A DNA stretch of 32,000 nt from the NCBI RefSeq assembly GCF_003044035.1, contig NZ_NVQC01000017.1:183290-215289 (forward strand), read 5' to 3'. Positions 6,513-14,748 of the stretch are shown here, piece by piece (the first letter of the stretch is position 1; each line of letters opens with the position of its first letter). This DNA is from Candidatus Methylomirabilis limnetica. Its GTDB lineage: Bacteria; Methylomirabilota; Methylomirabilia; Methylomirabilales; Methylomirabilaceae. The position numbers were made by a program, and so were the translations under genes. A model generated the notes under the pieces. That model saw only the letters and a list, made by a program, of their open reading frames with translations. It searched no databases and was not told the DNA's origin.

Positions 6513-7696
6513 GCGCAGCGATGGATAACGGGGCGGGAAAGATGACAGGAGGGATCGTGGCGGCAGGAACGAAGGTCATCCCGCGTGAGACAGCAGTGAA
6601 TGCCGTGCCGATCTCACCACCGCGTCCCATGGTTATCCGGCTCGATCGGGTGAGCAAGCACTATGGGGACGACACGATCCCCGCGGTAGAGGAAATCTCC
6701 TTCTCCGTTGAGCGAGGAGAGATCCTGGTGTTGTTGGGACCGAGCGGCTGCGGAAAGACCACGACGCTACGCCTGATCGCCGGGTTTGAGGCCCCTGATA
6801 GCGGGCGGATCGAGATTGGTAGCCGAACGGTAGCCCACGACACGATCTTGCTGCCACCGGAGCAGCGAGGCGTGGGCATGGTCTTCCAAGACTATGCGCT
6901 CTTCCCGCACCTGACAGTCCTGGAGAACGTCGCATTTGGCCTACGCCGCTATAATGCGGAGCAACAACGGAGCCGAATCGCGGAGGCGTTGGACTTGGTA
7001 GGACTCTCAACCCTTCAGGGACGGTACCCGTATGAGCTCTCCGGCGGGCAGCAGCAACGGGTTGCTCTGGCGCGTGCGCTGGCCCCCGGCCCGCAGGTCG
7101 TCTTGTTGGATGAGCCGTTCAGTAACCTGGATGCCGATATGCGGACGCAGATACGGGAAGATGTCCACTCGATCCTCCGCCAAGCCGGGACTACCGCCAT
7201 TTTCGTGACCCATGACCAGGAGGAGGCGTTTGTCATCGCCGATCGTGTTGGGGTACTGAACCATGGGCGCCTGGAGCAGCTCGACCATCCGGAGGCGATC
7301 TACCATACGCCGGTCACCCGTTTTATCGCTCAGTTCGTCGGTTCGGCCGATTTCATCCCCGGCCTCGTCCAAGGCGAGAGAATCACCACGGAGCTGGGCA
7401 CGTTCCCGAACCAGCAGGGGCTTTCGGTAGGGCAGGCGGTGGAGCTGATGATCAGGCCAGACGATATCGACCTGATCCCCGATGAGGCGAGCGAGGCGAC
7501 CGTGATCACCAGGCAGTTCCGTGGCCCAGACAACCTCTATTGCGTGCGCCTGCCATCCGGCCAGAAGATTCACAGCAGCCAGGGTTCAACGAAGCTCATC
7601 GAGCCGGGGACCAGGGTCACCGTAAAAGCCAATCCGACCCATGTGGTCTGTTTCGATGTAACAACTCAGGTGGATAGGCTGAAGGCTGAAGGCTGA
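6509..7696 (+). CDS. ABC transporter ATP-binding protein (FbpC/FutC-like)
   Basis: Walker A GPSGCGKTT, Q-loop, signature LSGGQQQRVALARAL, Walker B VVLLDEPFSNLD, H-loop VTHDQ, and a C-terminal TOBE-like domain. The TTG at 6509 overlaps the permease stop; alternative ATG starts are at 6521 and 6629. The last 12 codons (VTTQVDRLKAEG*) are supplied by repeat E3. Confidence 0.9.
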   Translation: MSAAMDNGAGKMTGGIVAAGTKVIPRETAVNAVPISPPRPMVIRLDRVSKHYGDDTIPAVEEISFSVERGEILVLLGPSGCGKTTTLRLIAGFEAPDSGRIEIGSRTVAHDTILLPPEQRGVGMVFQDYALFPHLTVLENVAFGLRRYNAEQQRSRIAEALDLVGLSTLQGRYPYELSGGQQQRVALARALAPGPQVVLLDEPFSNLDADMRTQIREDVHSILRQAGTTAIFVTHDQEEAFVIADRVGVLNHGRLEQLDHPEAIYHTPVTRFIAQFVGSADFIPGLVQGERITTELGTFPNQQGLSVGQAVELMIRPDDIDLIPDEASEATVITRQFRGPDNLYCVRLPSGQKIHSSQGSTKLIEPGTRVTVKANPTHVVCFDVTTQVDRLKAEG

Positions 7697-7760
7697 AGGT
7701 TTTGATGGGTAACGCAGTGATCACACAAAACCGTGGACATGCGAGTTGGCTAATGAACGA
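7658..7760 (+). mobile_element. 5' half copy (E3) of the heptamer-TIR / four-helix-bundle element, with the right end missing
   Basis: Left arm 7658-7699 is gtaacaactcaggtggataggctgaaggctgaaggctgaagg. It is followed by gtgatcacacaaaaccgtggacatgcgagttggctaatgaa, homologous to the start of the E2 ORF. No matching right arm occurs downstream; the sequence runs into REP-like hairpins. Confidence 0.55.
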
Positions 7761-7801
7761 CCGCGCAGCAAGCTGCGGGGTATCGTCTTCTGTTCTGGCC
7801 C

Positions 7802-7889
7802 GTCATTCCGTGCTTGACACGGAATCCAGTCGGACCCTCTGGATACCGGCGCCTGCCCCGGACTCCGATCCGGGGTCCACCGGTATGAC
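7802..7889. repeat. REP-like palindromic element (gtcattcc...ggaat / ataccgg...ccggtatgac class)
   Basis: Hairpin 1 is cattccgtg-cttga-cacggaat (7804-7825). Hairpin 2 is nested: ataccgg...ccccgga-ctccga-tccgggg...ccggtat (7842-7886). Its translation gives the spurious WIPAPAP...GSTGMT peptide typical of this widespread repeat class. It is the same class as 30414-30505. Confidence 0.5.
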
Positions 7890-8000
7890 GAACTCGCGGC
7901 AAGCCGCGGGGTATCAACCCTTAACGAAATGAAGTCGCGATTTGAGGAGATAAACTGAAGACGAGCTTTTAACGGTTCCAAGATTTCACGGAATAAGAGA

Positions 8001-8049
8001 AGGCGACTCCACCGCTCCCTGCTTGCCGGCCGGCGCGGTGGAGTCGCCT
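8001..8049. terminator. Perfect 15-bp inverted repeat (stem-loop), a possible terminator/insulator between the iron ABC operon and apbE
   Basis: aggcgactccaccgc (8001-8015) and gcggtggagtcgcct (8035-8049) are exact reverse complements with a 19-nt loop. There is no clear U-tract on the plus strand; the minus strand has a weak T-rich tail. Confidence 0.35.
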
Positions 8050-8221
8050 GACGCCTCGGATGGCCATTGTGTCAAGCGACCCCATGGGGCCTTTCCACTT
8101 TTGGCCTTCCTGGCTTTGTGATTTTAGCAACCTCCTGAGGAGAAGTCTAGTTTCGTTTCACTTAGAAGACACAGGGGCAACCGTAAAATGGAGGGGAGAA
8201 ACTTGAGGGAGGGATTTCCTT

Positions 8222-9328
8222 ATGGCTGAACGCGATCTGCAGATCCTTGACGAGTTCGGCCTCCGCCGAAGACGCTTCCTCCTGGCGATCGCCGGAGGCT
8301 TTGTGGGGACGCTTTTCGGGTCCCTCTCACCCGGAAGAGCATGGGGCAGATCGAGGATGCAGACACTCACACTCGGCCGTCTACTGATGGGCACGGCCGT
8401 GGAGATCGAGGCAAATCATCCTGACCTCTCGATCGCCAGGGAGGCGATTGAGACCGGCCTGCAACGAATGGTGGACGTCGATCGTCTGATGAGTATCTTT
8501 CGGTCCGACAGTGAGATCGGTCTGGTGAACCGTCTGGCCGCCACACTCCCTGTCTCGGTCGGGGAGGAAACCTTCGGCGTACTGACGGAAGCTAAGGATA
8601 TCGCGCTGATGAGCGGTGGCGCCCTTGATGTCACCATCCACCCGTTGATGCAGCTCTGGCGCCGCGCGACGCAGCGAGGCCGCCTTCCATCATCGCGGGA
8701 GATTGAGGCAGCCCTCGGTCTGGTGGCCCATAGTGGCCTTTCCGTTGATCCCAACAACCGCAGCGTTCAACTACAACAGCCTGGGATGGGCATCGATCTG
8801 GGGGGCATCGCCAAGGGCTATGCCGTTGACGTCGCGGCGGAGGCTCTCGCGAAGCAAGGCGTTCACAGTGGTTTGGTCAATGCTGGGGGCGACCTCCGAG
8901 TTGTCGGCCGCAACCGGGATGGGGGTATCTGGAGGATCGGCCTGCGGCATCCTCTCGCGCCTTCGAGGCTGCTGCTCTCGGTTCTGGCCGAGGATGAGGC
9001 TGCGGCGACATCCGGAAATTACTTTCGCTACTTCACTGTCGGCGGGATGCGTTACGGCCACCTATTACACCCTCGAACCGGAACGCCAGCAGATAGCGCG
9101 CTGAGCGCGACCATCATCGCAAAGAGCGCCATGCGCGCCGACGGCCTGGCGACCGCCGCCATGATCCACGGGGCAGGCGCAATGGCGTTCATACAACGCG
9201 TGAGCGGGGTCGAAGGGATCGTGGTCAACCCCCTCGCTCGCCATCCAGGGAAGGTCTCGGTTCAAATTACGCCGGGACTTCGTGGCCGGGTGGAGCTTCT
9301 GGATCGCTCGGCAGAACTTGAACGTTGA
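8222..9328 (+). CDS. apbE: FAD:protein FMN transferase (ApbE family), Tat-exported
   Basis: 368 aa. It has a twin-arginine signal (GLRRRRFLLAIAGG) and the ApbE hallmarks DLGGIAKGYAVD, VNAGGDL, ATSGNY and HLLHPRTG. Confidence 0.85.
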   Translation: MAERDLQILDEFGLRRRRFLLAIAGGFVGTLFGSLSPGRAWGRSRMQTLTLGRLLMGTAVEIEANHPDLSIAREAIETGLQRMVDVDRLMSIFRSDSEIGLVNRLAATLPVSVGEETFGVLTEAKDIALMSGGALDVTIHPLMQLWRRATQRGRLPSSREIEAALGLVAHSGLSVDPNNRSVQLQQPGMGIDLGGIAKGYAVDVAAEALAKQGVHSGLVNAGGDLRVVGRNRDGGIWRIGLRHPLAPSRLLLSVLAEDEAAATSGNYFRYFTVGGMRYGHLLHPRTGTPADSALSATIIAKSAMRADGLATAAMIHGAGAMAFIQRVSGVEGIVVNPLARHPGKVSVQITPGLRGRVELLDRSAELER

Positions 9329-9372
9329 TCCACTGACCCAAACAGGCGTCGAGGAACCTAAAGGAGGAAGAC

Positions 9373-10818
9373 ATGAACATAAAACTGTTGCGATGTTTCA
9401 TGGCTGCATTGATGGTCTGGATGGTCTCGCCCAACATGGCGGTCGCGGCGGCCCCATTGGAGGATCTGGAGAGGCAACTCAAAGATCTTCAGACGCAGAT
9501 CGAACGGCTTAAGCAGGACAAGGTAGAACAGGATCGAAGGGTGCGCGAGATCGAAACCGCTCAGAAGGAAAGGGCTGCCAAGGAGGCCGAGGCTCAACAG
9601 GAGCAGGCGAAGCGGAGAGAAGAACAGGAGCGAAAGACCGTCATCCTCGGCGAAGAGATGGAGACGCTCAAGAGCAAGATCACCCTACCTGAAACGATCG
9701 AGTACAAGAGCCTCTACGGCCTGGGTCCGGCAGCCTCGAAGGTTTACCAGATGCCGAGAGGGCTGTCAATCGGCGGCTACGGCGAGGCCAACGCCAACTT
9801 CTTCGTCGGCGATAATGAGGGACCGGACAAGAAGAGAGATGTCGGCGACCTCGCGCGCTTCATCACCTATATTGGGTACAAGTTCTCGGACCGGATCATC
9901 TTGAACTCAGAGATCGAGTATGAGCATGCAACGACCAGCACAACCAAGTCCGCCTCCTCGGGCTCGGTCTCAGTAGAATTTCTCACCTTGGACTTCCTCC
10001 TGACTGAGCGGGCAAACATCAGGGCGGGACTACTCCTGATGCCGATGGGATTCATCAACGAGATGCACGAGCCCACAACCTACTTCGGCAACCTCCGCCC
10101 GGAGGTGGAGCGGCGGATTCTCCCGAGCACCTGGCGGGAGCTTGGGGTGGGGCTCCACGGCACGATCCTGCCGGGGCTGACCTACCGGACCTATGTCACA
10201 AACAGTCTGAACGCCAAGGGCTTTTCCAAGAGCGATATCCGGAGCTCCCGCCAGAACGGGAACCGAGCCCTGTTTGAAGACTTCGCCTGGACCACGCGCC
10301 TCGATTACACCCCGATGCCGGGCCTCCTGCTCGGAGGGTCGGTCTTCTGGGGCGATACCGGACAGGATCAACTGTTCGCCGGGAAAGAAATCGCTGCAAA
10401 CCTCAGGCTCTACGAGTTCCATGGCCAGTATCAGTATCGAGGGCTGCAACTACGCGCGCTGTTCGCCCAGGGGCACATCAGCGACGCCGATGTTCTGAGC
10501 ACTGAGCTAAAGACACCCATCAGCCGGCGTATCGTAGGGGGTTACGCGGAGGCCAGCTATGATATCCTGCCGCTGTTCTTCCCTGGGACCGACATGTCGC
10601 TGTCTCCGTTCTTCCGATTCGAGCGGCTCAATACCCAGGCTGATGTCCCATCCGGCTTCACCCCCGACAGATTACAGAACACCACAGTGATCAACACGGG
10701 CCTGAGCTTCAAACCGATCCCCAACGTGGTGCTCAAGCTCGACTACCGGAACATGGATGGGAAAGGGCCGGGCCAGATCGCCGACGAGCTCAACGTCGGC
10801 CTCGGCTTCATCTTTTAG
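9373..10818 (+). CDS. Outer-membrane beta-barrel porin-like protein with an N-terminal coiled coil
   Basis: 481 aa. It has a signal peptide (ALMVWMVSPNMAVAAAP) and a roughly 80-aa charged coiled coil (LEDLERQLKDLQTQIERLKQDK...). The remainder has alternating amphipathic beta-strand character and ends in the OMP signature ...LNVGLGFIF (terminal Phe). Confidence 0.65.
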   Translation: MNIKLLRCFMAALMVWMVSPNMAVAAAPLEDLERQLKDLQTQIERLKQDKVEQDRRVREIETAQKERAAKEAEAQQEQAKRREEQERKTVILGEEMETLKSKITLPETIEYKSLYGLGPAASKVYQMPRGLSIGGYGEANANFFVGDNEGPDKKRDVGDLARFITYIGYKFSDRIILNSEIEYEHATTSTTKSASSGSVSVEFLTLDFLLTERANIRAGLLLMPMGFINEMHEPTTYFGNLRPEVERRILPSTWRELGVGLHGTILPGLTYRTYVTNSLNAKGFSKSDIRSSRQNGNRALFEDFAWTTRLDYTPMPGLLLGGSVFWGDTGQDQLFAGKEIAANLRLYEFHGQYQYRGLQLRALFAQGHISDADVLSTELKTPISRRIVGGYAEASYDILPLFFPGTDMSLSPFFRFERLNTQADVPSGFTPDRLQNTTVINTGLSFKPIPNVVLKLDYRNMDGKGPGQIADELNVGLGFIF

Positions 10819-10930
10819 CCGAAGCCGGGCAATCCTGAGAGTTGGGTGAGGCGGGGGAACCGAAGAGTGACCAGTTGGTCGCCTCGCGCCCCCCTCACCC
10901 CATCCCTAACGCTGTCAAGGAGATAAGGTT

Positions 10931-11479
10931 ATGCGCACCCTGGCCGGCCTGACCTTACTGCTCGTCTTGCACCTCTGCGCACCCGTTGGCCTCCTCGCCA
11001 AGGTGTTTTACGCCAAGGACGAGGCCGTCAAGGCGGCGTTCCCAGAGGCTGACATCATCGAGAAGCAGACATTTTTTCTGACAAACGACCAGAAAAAGCA
11101 GATCGAGACCCTCGCACGCACGCCGCTAGATTCCAAGCTTGTGACGATGTACATCGGAAAACGAGGCCAGAAGCTACTCGGCTATGCAATGATTGACGTT
11201 CACACGGTACGGACCCTGCCGGAGGCTGCCATGGTTGTGCTCTCCCCGGAAGGGCGGGTGGCCTCCACACTAATTCTAGCCTTCTATGAGCCACTGGAAT
11301 ACCTCCCAAATGAACGCTGGCTCAAGCAGTTCGATCAGGCAAGGCTCACCCCGGACCTCCGGGTGGGAGGAAAGATCGCGGGGATCACCGGGGCGACCTT
11401 GACGGCTCGGGCTATGTCTGAGTCGGTCCGTAAGGTTCTGGCCCTCTACCAGGTCTTGATCGAAAAAGGAGGGCGCTGA
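10931..11479 (+). CDS. Secreted FMN-bind domain protein (predicted ApbE substrate)
   Basis: 182 aa with a signal peptide (LTLLLVLHLCAPVGLLA). The motif ITGATLTARAM fits the flavinylation motif (S/T)GA(T)-(S/T) of FMN_bind domains (NqrC/RnfG/NosR/PplA type). Confidence 0.7.
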   Translation: MRTLAGLTLLLVLHLCAPVGLLAKVFYAKDEAVKAAFPEADIIEKQTFFLTNDQKKQIETLARTPLDSKLVTMYIGKRGQKLLGYAMIDVHTVRTLPEAAMVVLSPEGRVASTLILAFYEPLEYLPNERWLKQFDQARLTPDLRVGGKIAGITGATLTARAMSESVRKVLALYQVLIEKGGR

Positions 11480-11979
11480 TGCGTTTCGTCGTCACGGGGG
11501 AGTGGACCCAGAATCGCCTCCTTCGTCTCATCATATTGTGGTTTCTCATCTACAGTGCAGGCCTTTGGCTGACCAACACATTACTCTTCTTGAATCAGAT
11601 GGGGCTTCGTTACGAGTCCGTCGTCGCCTTCTACCGGGGATCCGAGACGCAGTATTTGCTGCCACGCAGCTACAAGGTCTTGCTCGAGATCAGTCATTTC
11701 CATCTCCTGGCAATGGGCATCTTCATCTTGACGCTGAGTCACCTGGTGCTATTCGTGCCCCTTACGCCTCGAGTCAAGTACTGGCTGATCCACCTGACCT
11801 TCCTATCCGCGATTTCAGACGAGGCCGCGGGCTGGCTGACCCGATTCGTACATCCCCTCTTCGCCTATTACAAGATCGGGGCTTTTGTTCTCCTCCAGAC
11901 AACCATGGCAGTACTGATTATAGCTGTCCTACTCGCTGTGCGCCTGAAGGCGCGCAGTGCATACACAGAGGACGTTTGA
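11479..11979 (+). CDS. Small integral membrane protein (about 4 TM helices), function unknown
   Basis: 166 aa. Its ATG overlaps the preceding stop (TGATG). There are four hydrophobic segments with conserved-looking His residues in TM regions (EISHFHLLAMGIF, TLSHLVLF, WLIHLTFL). The overlapping +2 ORF 11502-12008 is Arg/Pro-rich and rejected. Confidence 0.55.
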   Translation: MRFVVTGEWTQNRLLRLIILWFLIYSAGLWLTNTLLFLNQMGLRYESVVAFYRGSETQYLLPRSYKVLLEISHFHLLAMGIFILTLSHLVLFVPLTPRVKYWLIHLTFLSAISDEAAGWLTRFVHPLFAYYKIGAFVLLQTTMAVLIIAVLLAVRLKARSAYTEDV

Positions 11980-12004
11980 AAAACTTGAGATCAGGAGGGA
12001 TATC

Positions 12005-13153
12005 ATGAACAACTCGCGACAATCGTTTACCTACTACCGGTTGGGTCAATACCAGGGATTGAAGGTTCTCTTACTGCTGTTCGTCACGATGCTGATTGGG
12101 TGTACATCCGCCATAGCTCAACAGACCCGCACCTATCGCATCGCGGCTATCGAGGTGGACTGGGATTACGCGCCGACCGGCATCAACCAGATCAGCGGGA
12201 ACGCGTTTGGAGAGAGCGAAAATGTCTTTGTTCAGAGCGGCAAACAGCGGATCGGCAAAGTGTACCGCAAGGCGGTCTACCGCGAGTACACCGATGCCGC
12301 CTTTACCGCCGCAAAAGCTGTCGCGCCGCAATGGGAGCATTTGGGTGCTCTGGGCCCCGTCATCCGCGGGGAGGTTGGTGATACCATCCAGGTTGTCTTC
12401 AAGAACATGACCAGCTTTCCCACTAGCATCCACCCGCATGGCGTCTCATATCTCAAGAACTCCGAGGGGGCTCCGTACAACGATGGGACCTCTGGGGCCG
12501 ACATGGCTGACGATGCTGTCCCCTCTGGCGGGACCCACACCTATATCTGGCAGGTTCCAGAACGGGCAGGCCCGGGCCCGATGGACGGAAGCTCCGTCCT
12601 CTGGATGTATCACGCCCACACCGATGAGCCGGCGGACACGAATACCGGCCTGGTCGGGCCGCTCATCGTCACACGCAAGGGAAACGCAAACCCTGACGGT
12701 TCCCCCAAAGACATCGACCGGGAGTTTGTCACGCTGTTCACCGTCTTTAATGAGAACGCCAGCCACTATCTGGAGCACAATGTCAACCACTTTACCGGCA
12801 AGCCTAAGAAAACGATGAAGAACCTGGATGATCCCGAGTTTCAGGAGAGTAACCTGATGCACTCCGTCAACGGCTACGTCTATGGCAACTTGCCTGGATT
12901 AACCATGCAGCAGGGCGAACGCGTGCGCTGGTACGTGCTGAGTATTGGAACTGAGGTCGATCTGCACACGCCGCACTGGCATGGCCAGACCGTCCTCTGG
13001 ATGGGGAGTCGCATGGACATGGTGGAGCTCCTCCCGGGGAGTATGAAGACGATCGACATGGCACCGGACAACCCGGGAACATGGTTGTATCACTGCCACG
13101 TGAACGATCACATCACCGCTGGGATGATGGCGCTCTTTACGGTCACTGAGTAG
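12005..13153 (+). CDS. Ceruloplasmin-like two-domain multicopper oxidase lipoprotein (putative ferroxidase)
   Basis: I place the start at ATG 12005, preceded by AGGAGGG. There is a lipobox LIGC. YRIAAIEVDWDYAP resembles the ceruloplasmin/hephaestin domain start. Copper ligand motifs are IHPHG, YHAHTD, HTPHWHG and YHCHVNDHITAGMM (HCH...H...M). Confidence 0.85.
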   Translation: MNNSRQSFTYYRLGQYQGLKVLLLLFVTMLIGCTSAIAQQTRTYRIAAIEVDWDYAPTGINQISGNAFGESENVFVQSGKQRIGKVYRKAVYREYTDAAFTAAKAVAPQWEHLGALGPVIRGEVGDTIQVVFKNMTSFPTSIHPHGVSYLKNSEGAPYNDGTSGADMADDAVPSGGTHTYIWQVPERAGPGPMDGSSVLWMYHAHTDEPADTNTGLVGPLIVTRKGNANPDGSPKDIDREFVTLFTVFNENASHYLEHNVNHFTGKPKKTMKNLDDPEFQESNLMHSVNGYVYGNLPGLTMQQGERVRWYVLSIGTEVDLHTPHWHGQTVLWMGSRMDMVELLPGSMKTIDMAPDNPGTWLYHCHVNDHITAGMMALFTVTE

Positions 13154-13308
13154 CCAGAACGCTTTGGAATGACAGGGATAAAGGTTTATGAAAATGTCAG
13201 GAGAAAGACAAATTGTCCAGGTCAAGGCCTCATGGGCGGAGTTTTGCAAAACACACCTCACACGCCTGGTCGAAGAATAGATTATAACGTTCCCCAAAAA
13301 CTAGTGTA

Positions 13309-14145
13309 ATGGAGATACCGATGGCCGCGAAACGATCGACGCAATCAACGGATTTGCCGGGCAGCGAGTTGGATCCGGCGAAAATGCCGGGTCACTGGCT
13401 CCTTGCCCGACTTGGCAAGCGCGTCTTGCGCCCCGGAGGTCTCGGTCTAACGCGAGCGCTGCTCGATAGCTTGGCGATCGGACCGGACGACGACGTAGTC
13501 GAGTTCGCACCCGGCCTGGGCGTGACGGCGCGTATGATCCTGGAGCGGAAGCCTCGGCGCTATGTGGGCGTCGAGCGGGACGCAAAGGCAATGCAGTGGA
13601 CGGCCCGACAACTCCCCCGCAGCCCGAATGTATCAGTTATCGTCGGCGCCGCAGATCAAACGAATCAACCTGACGGCTCGGCATCGGTCGTCATCGGCGA
13701 GGCCATGTTGAGCATGCACACCCAGGAGCGAAAGCGCCTGATCGCGGCGGAAGCGTTCCGGCTCCTGCGTCCTGGGGGCCGCTACGGCATTCATGAGCTC
13801 GCTGTTGTTCCCGACGATATGCCGGCCGACCAAAAGCAGGAGATCGACGGTATGTTGTCGTCGGTGATCCATGTTGGCACCCGCTCCTTGCCAGAACACG
13901 AGTGGAGGGCCCTGTTGGAGGGAGTCGGATTCCGCGTCGTAGCGTCCGGATACGCGCCGATGCACCTGCTGAGGCCGCGGCGCCTAGTCCAGGATGAGGG
14001 GGTATTCGGAGCGCTGAGGCTCGCGAAGAACCTCCTACTCGATGGCGCGGCGCGGCGACGGGTAGTCGCGATGCGACGGGTGTTCGAGCATTATCGTAAC
14101 AACCTGAGCGCGATCTTCCTCATCGCGCAGAAGGGTCTGGATTGA
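13309..14145 (+). CDS. Class I SAM-dependent methyltransferase
   Basis: 278 aa. Motif I is VVEFAPGLGVTA (E/DxGxGxG-like), with an acidic post-I residue (GVERD) and motif II/III-like LRPGGRYGIHEL. The start may be the ATG at 13321. Confidence 0.75.
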   Translation: MEIPMAAKRSTQSTDLPGSELDPAKMPGHWLLARLGKRVLRPGGLGLTRALLDSLAIGPDDDVVEFAPGLGVTARMILERKPRRYVGVERDAKAMQWTARQLPRSPNVSVIVGAADQTNQPDGSASVVIGEAMLSMHTQERKRLIAAEAFRLLRPGGRYGIHELAVVPDDMPADQKQEIDGMLSSVIHVGTRSLPEHEWRALLEGVGFRVVASGYAPMHLLRPRRLVQDEGVFGALRLAKNLLLDGAARRRVVAMRRVFEHYRNNLSAIFLIAQKGLD

Positions 14146-14403
14146 ACCGGCCTAGTAGCTCTGTTGTGCGCATGGGTGGTTGGGGTATGGCGCGTTGATA
14201 CTCCGCCCGCTGTATGAGATGTGGGGAAAAGGCTGGGAGCACCGATCTCCTCGGTCCTCACGAGCCCTATGCCCATGAGATCCCGACCCCACTAGTCATT
14301 CGGGAGGATGTAAAGTTAGAGTACGGTGAGCGCCGTCCCACCGTTGGATGGGCTACGCTATCGAGATGTCAGGAGAGAGCTATCCGTTGACGGGTTGGCG
14401 TGA

Positions 14404-14748
14404 TCACATCAGGTCCCCGAGCGGCCCGAGCGACAGGTTGAGGTCGTCCTCGGCGAGGCCGAAGTGTGCCCGGAGTTCCACCATCTTCTCCTCCAGCCGG
14501 ATGAAGGTCACCCCCATCCGCTCGATCTCCTCGGAGGTGAGGGAGCCCCCCTCCATCCTTCGAAGGGCCTGACGCTCGAGAAGCTTTCTGAGGAGTTCGA
14601 TGAGGGTGAGCACGAGCTTGGCCAGCCCCTGCTCGACCTTCTCAGGGTCGGCGTTGATCCGTCTCGGCAGGGCCTGGGTGAGCTGCTCCAGCTCCCCCTC
14701 AAACTCCGCCAGAGAGCTCTCAGGCGCCGAGAGTGTCTTTGGTTTCAT
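14404..14748 (-). CDS. gvpK: Gas vesicle protein GvpK
   Basis: RINADPEKVEQGLAKLVLTLIELLRKLLERQALRRMEGGSLTSEEIERMGVTFIRLEEKMVELRAHFGL..DDLNLSLGPLGDLM is the conserved GvpK core. I chose the start at the internal Met (MKPKT, 14748), giving a 29-nt overlap with the upstream gvpF/L gene. The ORF track extends to 14844. Confidence 0.85.
   Translation of the reverse strand: MKPKTLSAPESSLAEFEGELEQLTQALPRRINADPEKVEQGLAKLVLTLIELLRKLLERQALRRMEGGSLTSEEIERMGVTFIRLEEKMVELRAHFGLAEDDLNLSLGPLGDLM

Noticed and set aside
7702-7932. 76-aa ORF (…LWIPAPAPDSDPGSTGMT…) after the ABC ATPase
   Set aside because: It is a translation of element E3 remnants and REP-like palindromes. The WIPA...GMT peptide is the well-known artefactual reading of this palindromic repeat class. 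The 7721-7981 minus-strand ORF is rejected for the same reason.
8101-8117. TGGCCTTCCTGGCTTTG as a sigma-54 promoter for apbE
   Set aside because: The GG and GC dinucleotides are spaced 2 nt too close compared with TGGCAC-N5-TTGC, and the -12 TTGC is absent.
10841-10900. Imperfect GC-rich dyad (gggtgaggcggggg...cccccctcaccc) after the porin-like gene as an intrinsic terminator
   Set aside because: The stem is imperfect, the loop is long and there is no U-tract. The next gene is co-directional 30 nt later, so read-through is equally plausible.
11502-12008. 168-aa ORF overlapping the 4-TM membrane protein gene in another frame
   Set aside because: It has Arg/Pro/Ser-rich composition and no SD. 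The alternative frame (11479-11979) is translationally coupled (TGATG) and gives clean TM helices.
13187-13279. 30-codon ORF (MKMSGERQIVQVKASWAEFCKTHLTRLVEE) in the low-GC gap after the multicopper oxidase gene
   Set aside because: It has no convincing SD, no recognisable motif, and is too short to support from sequence alone.
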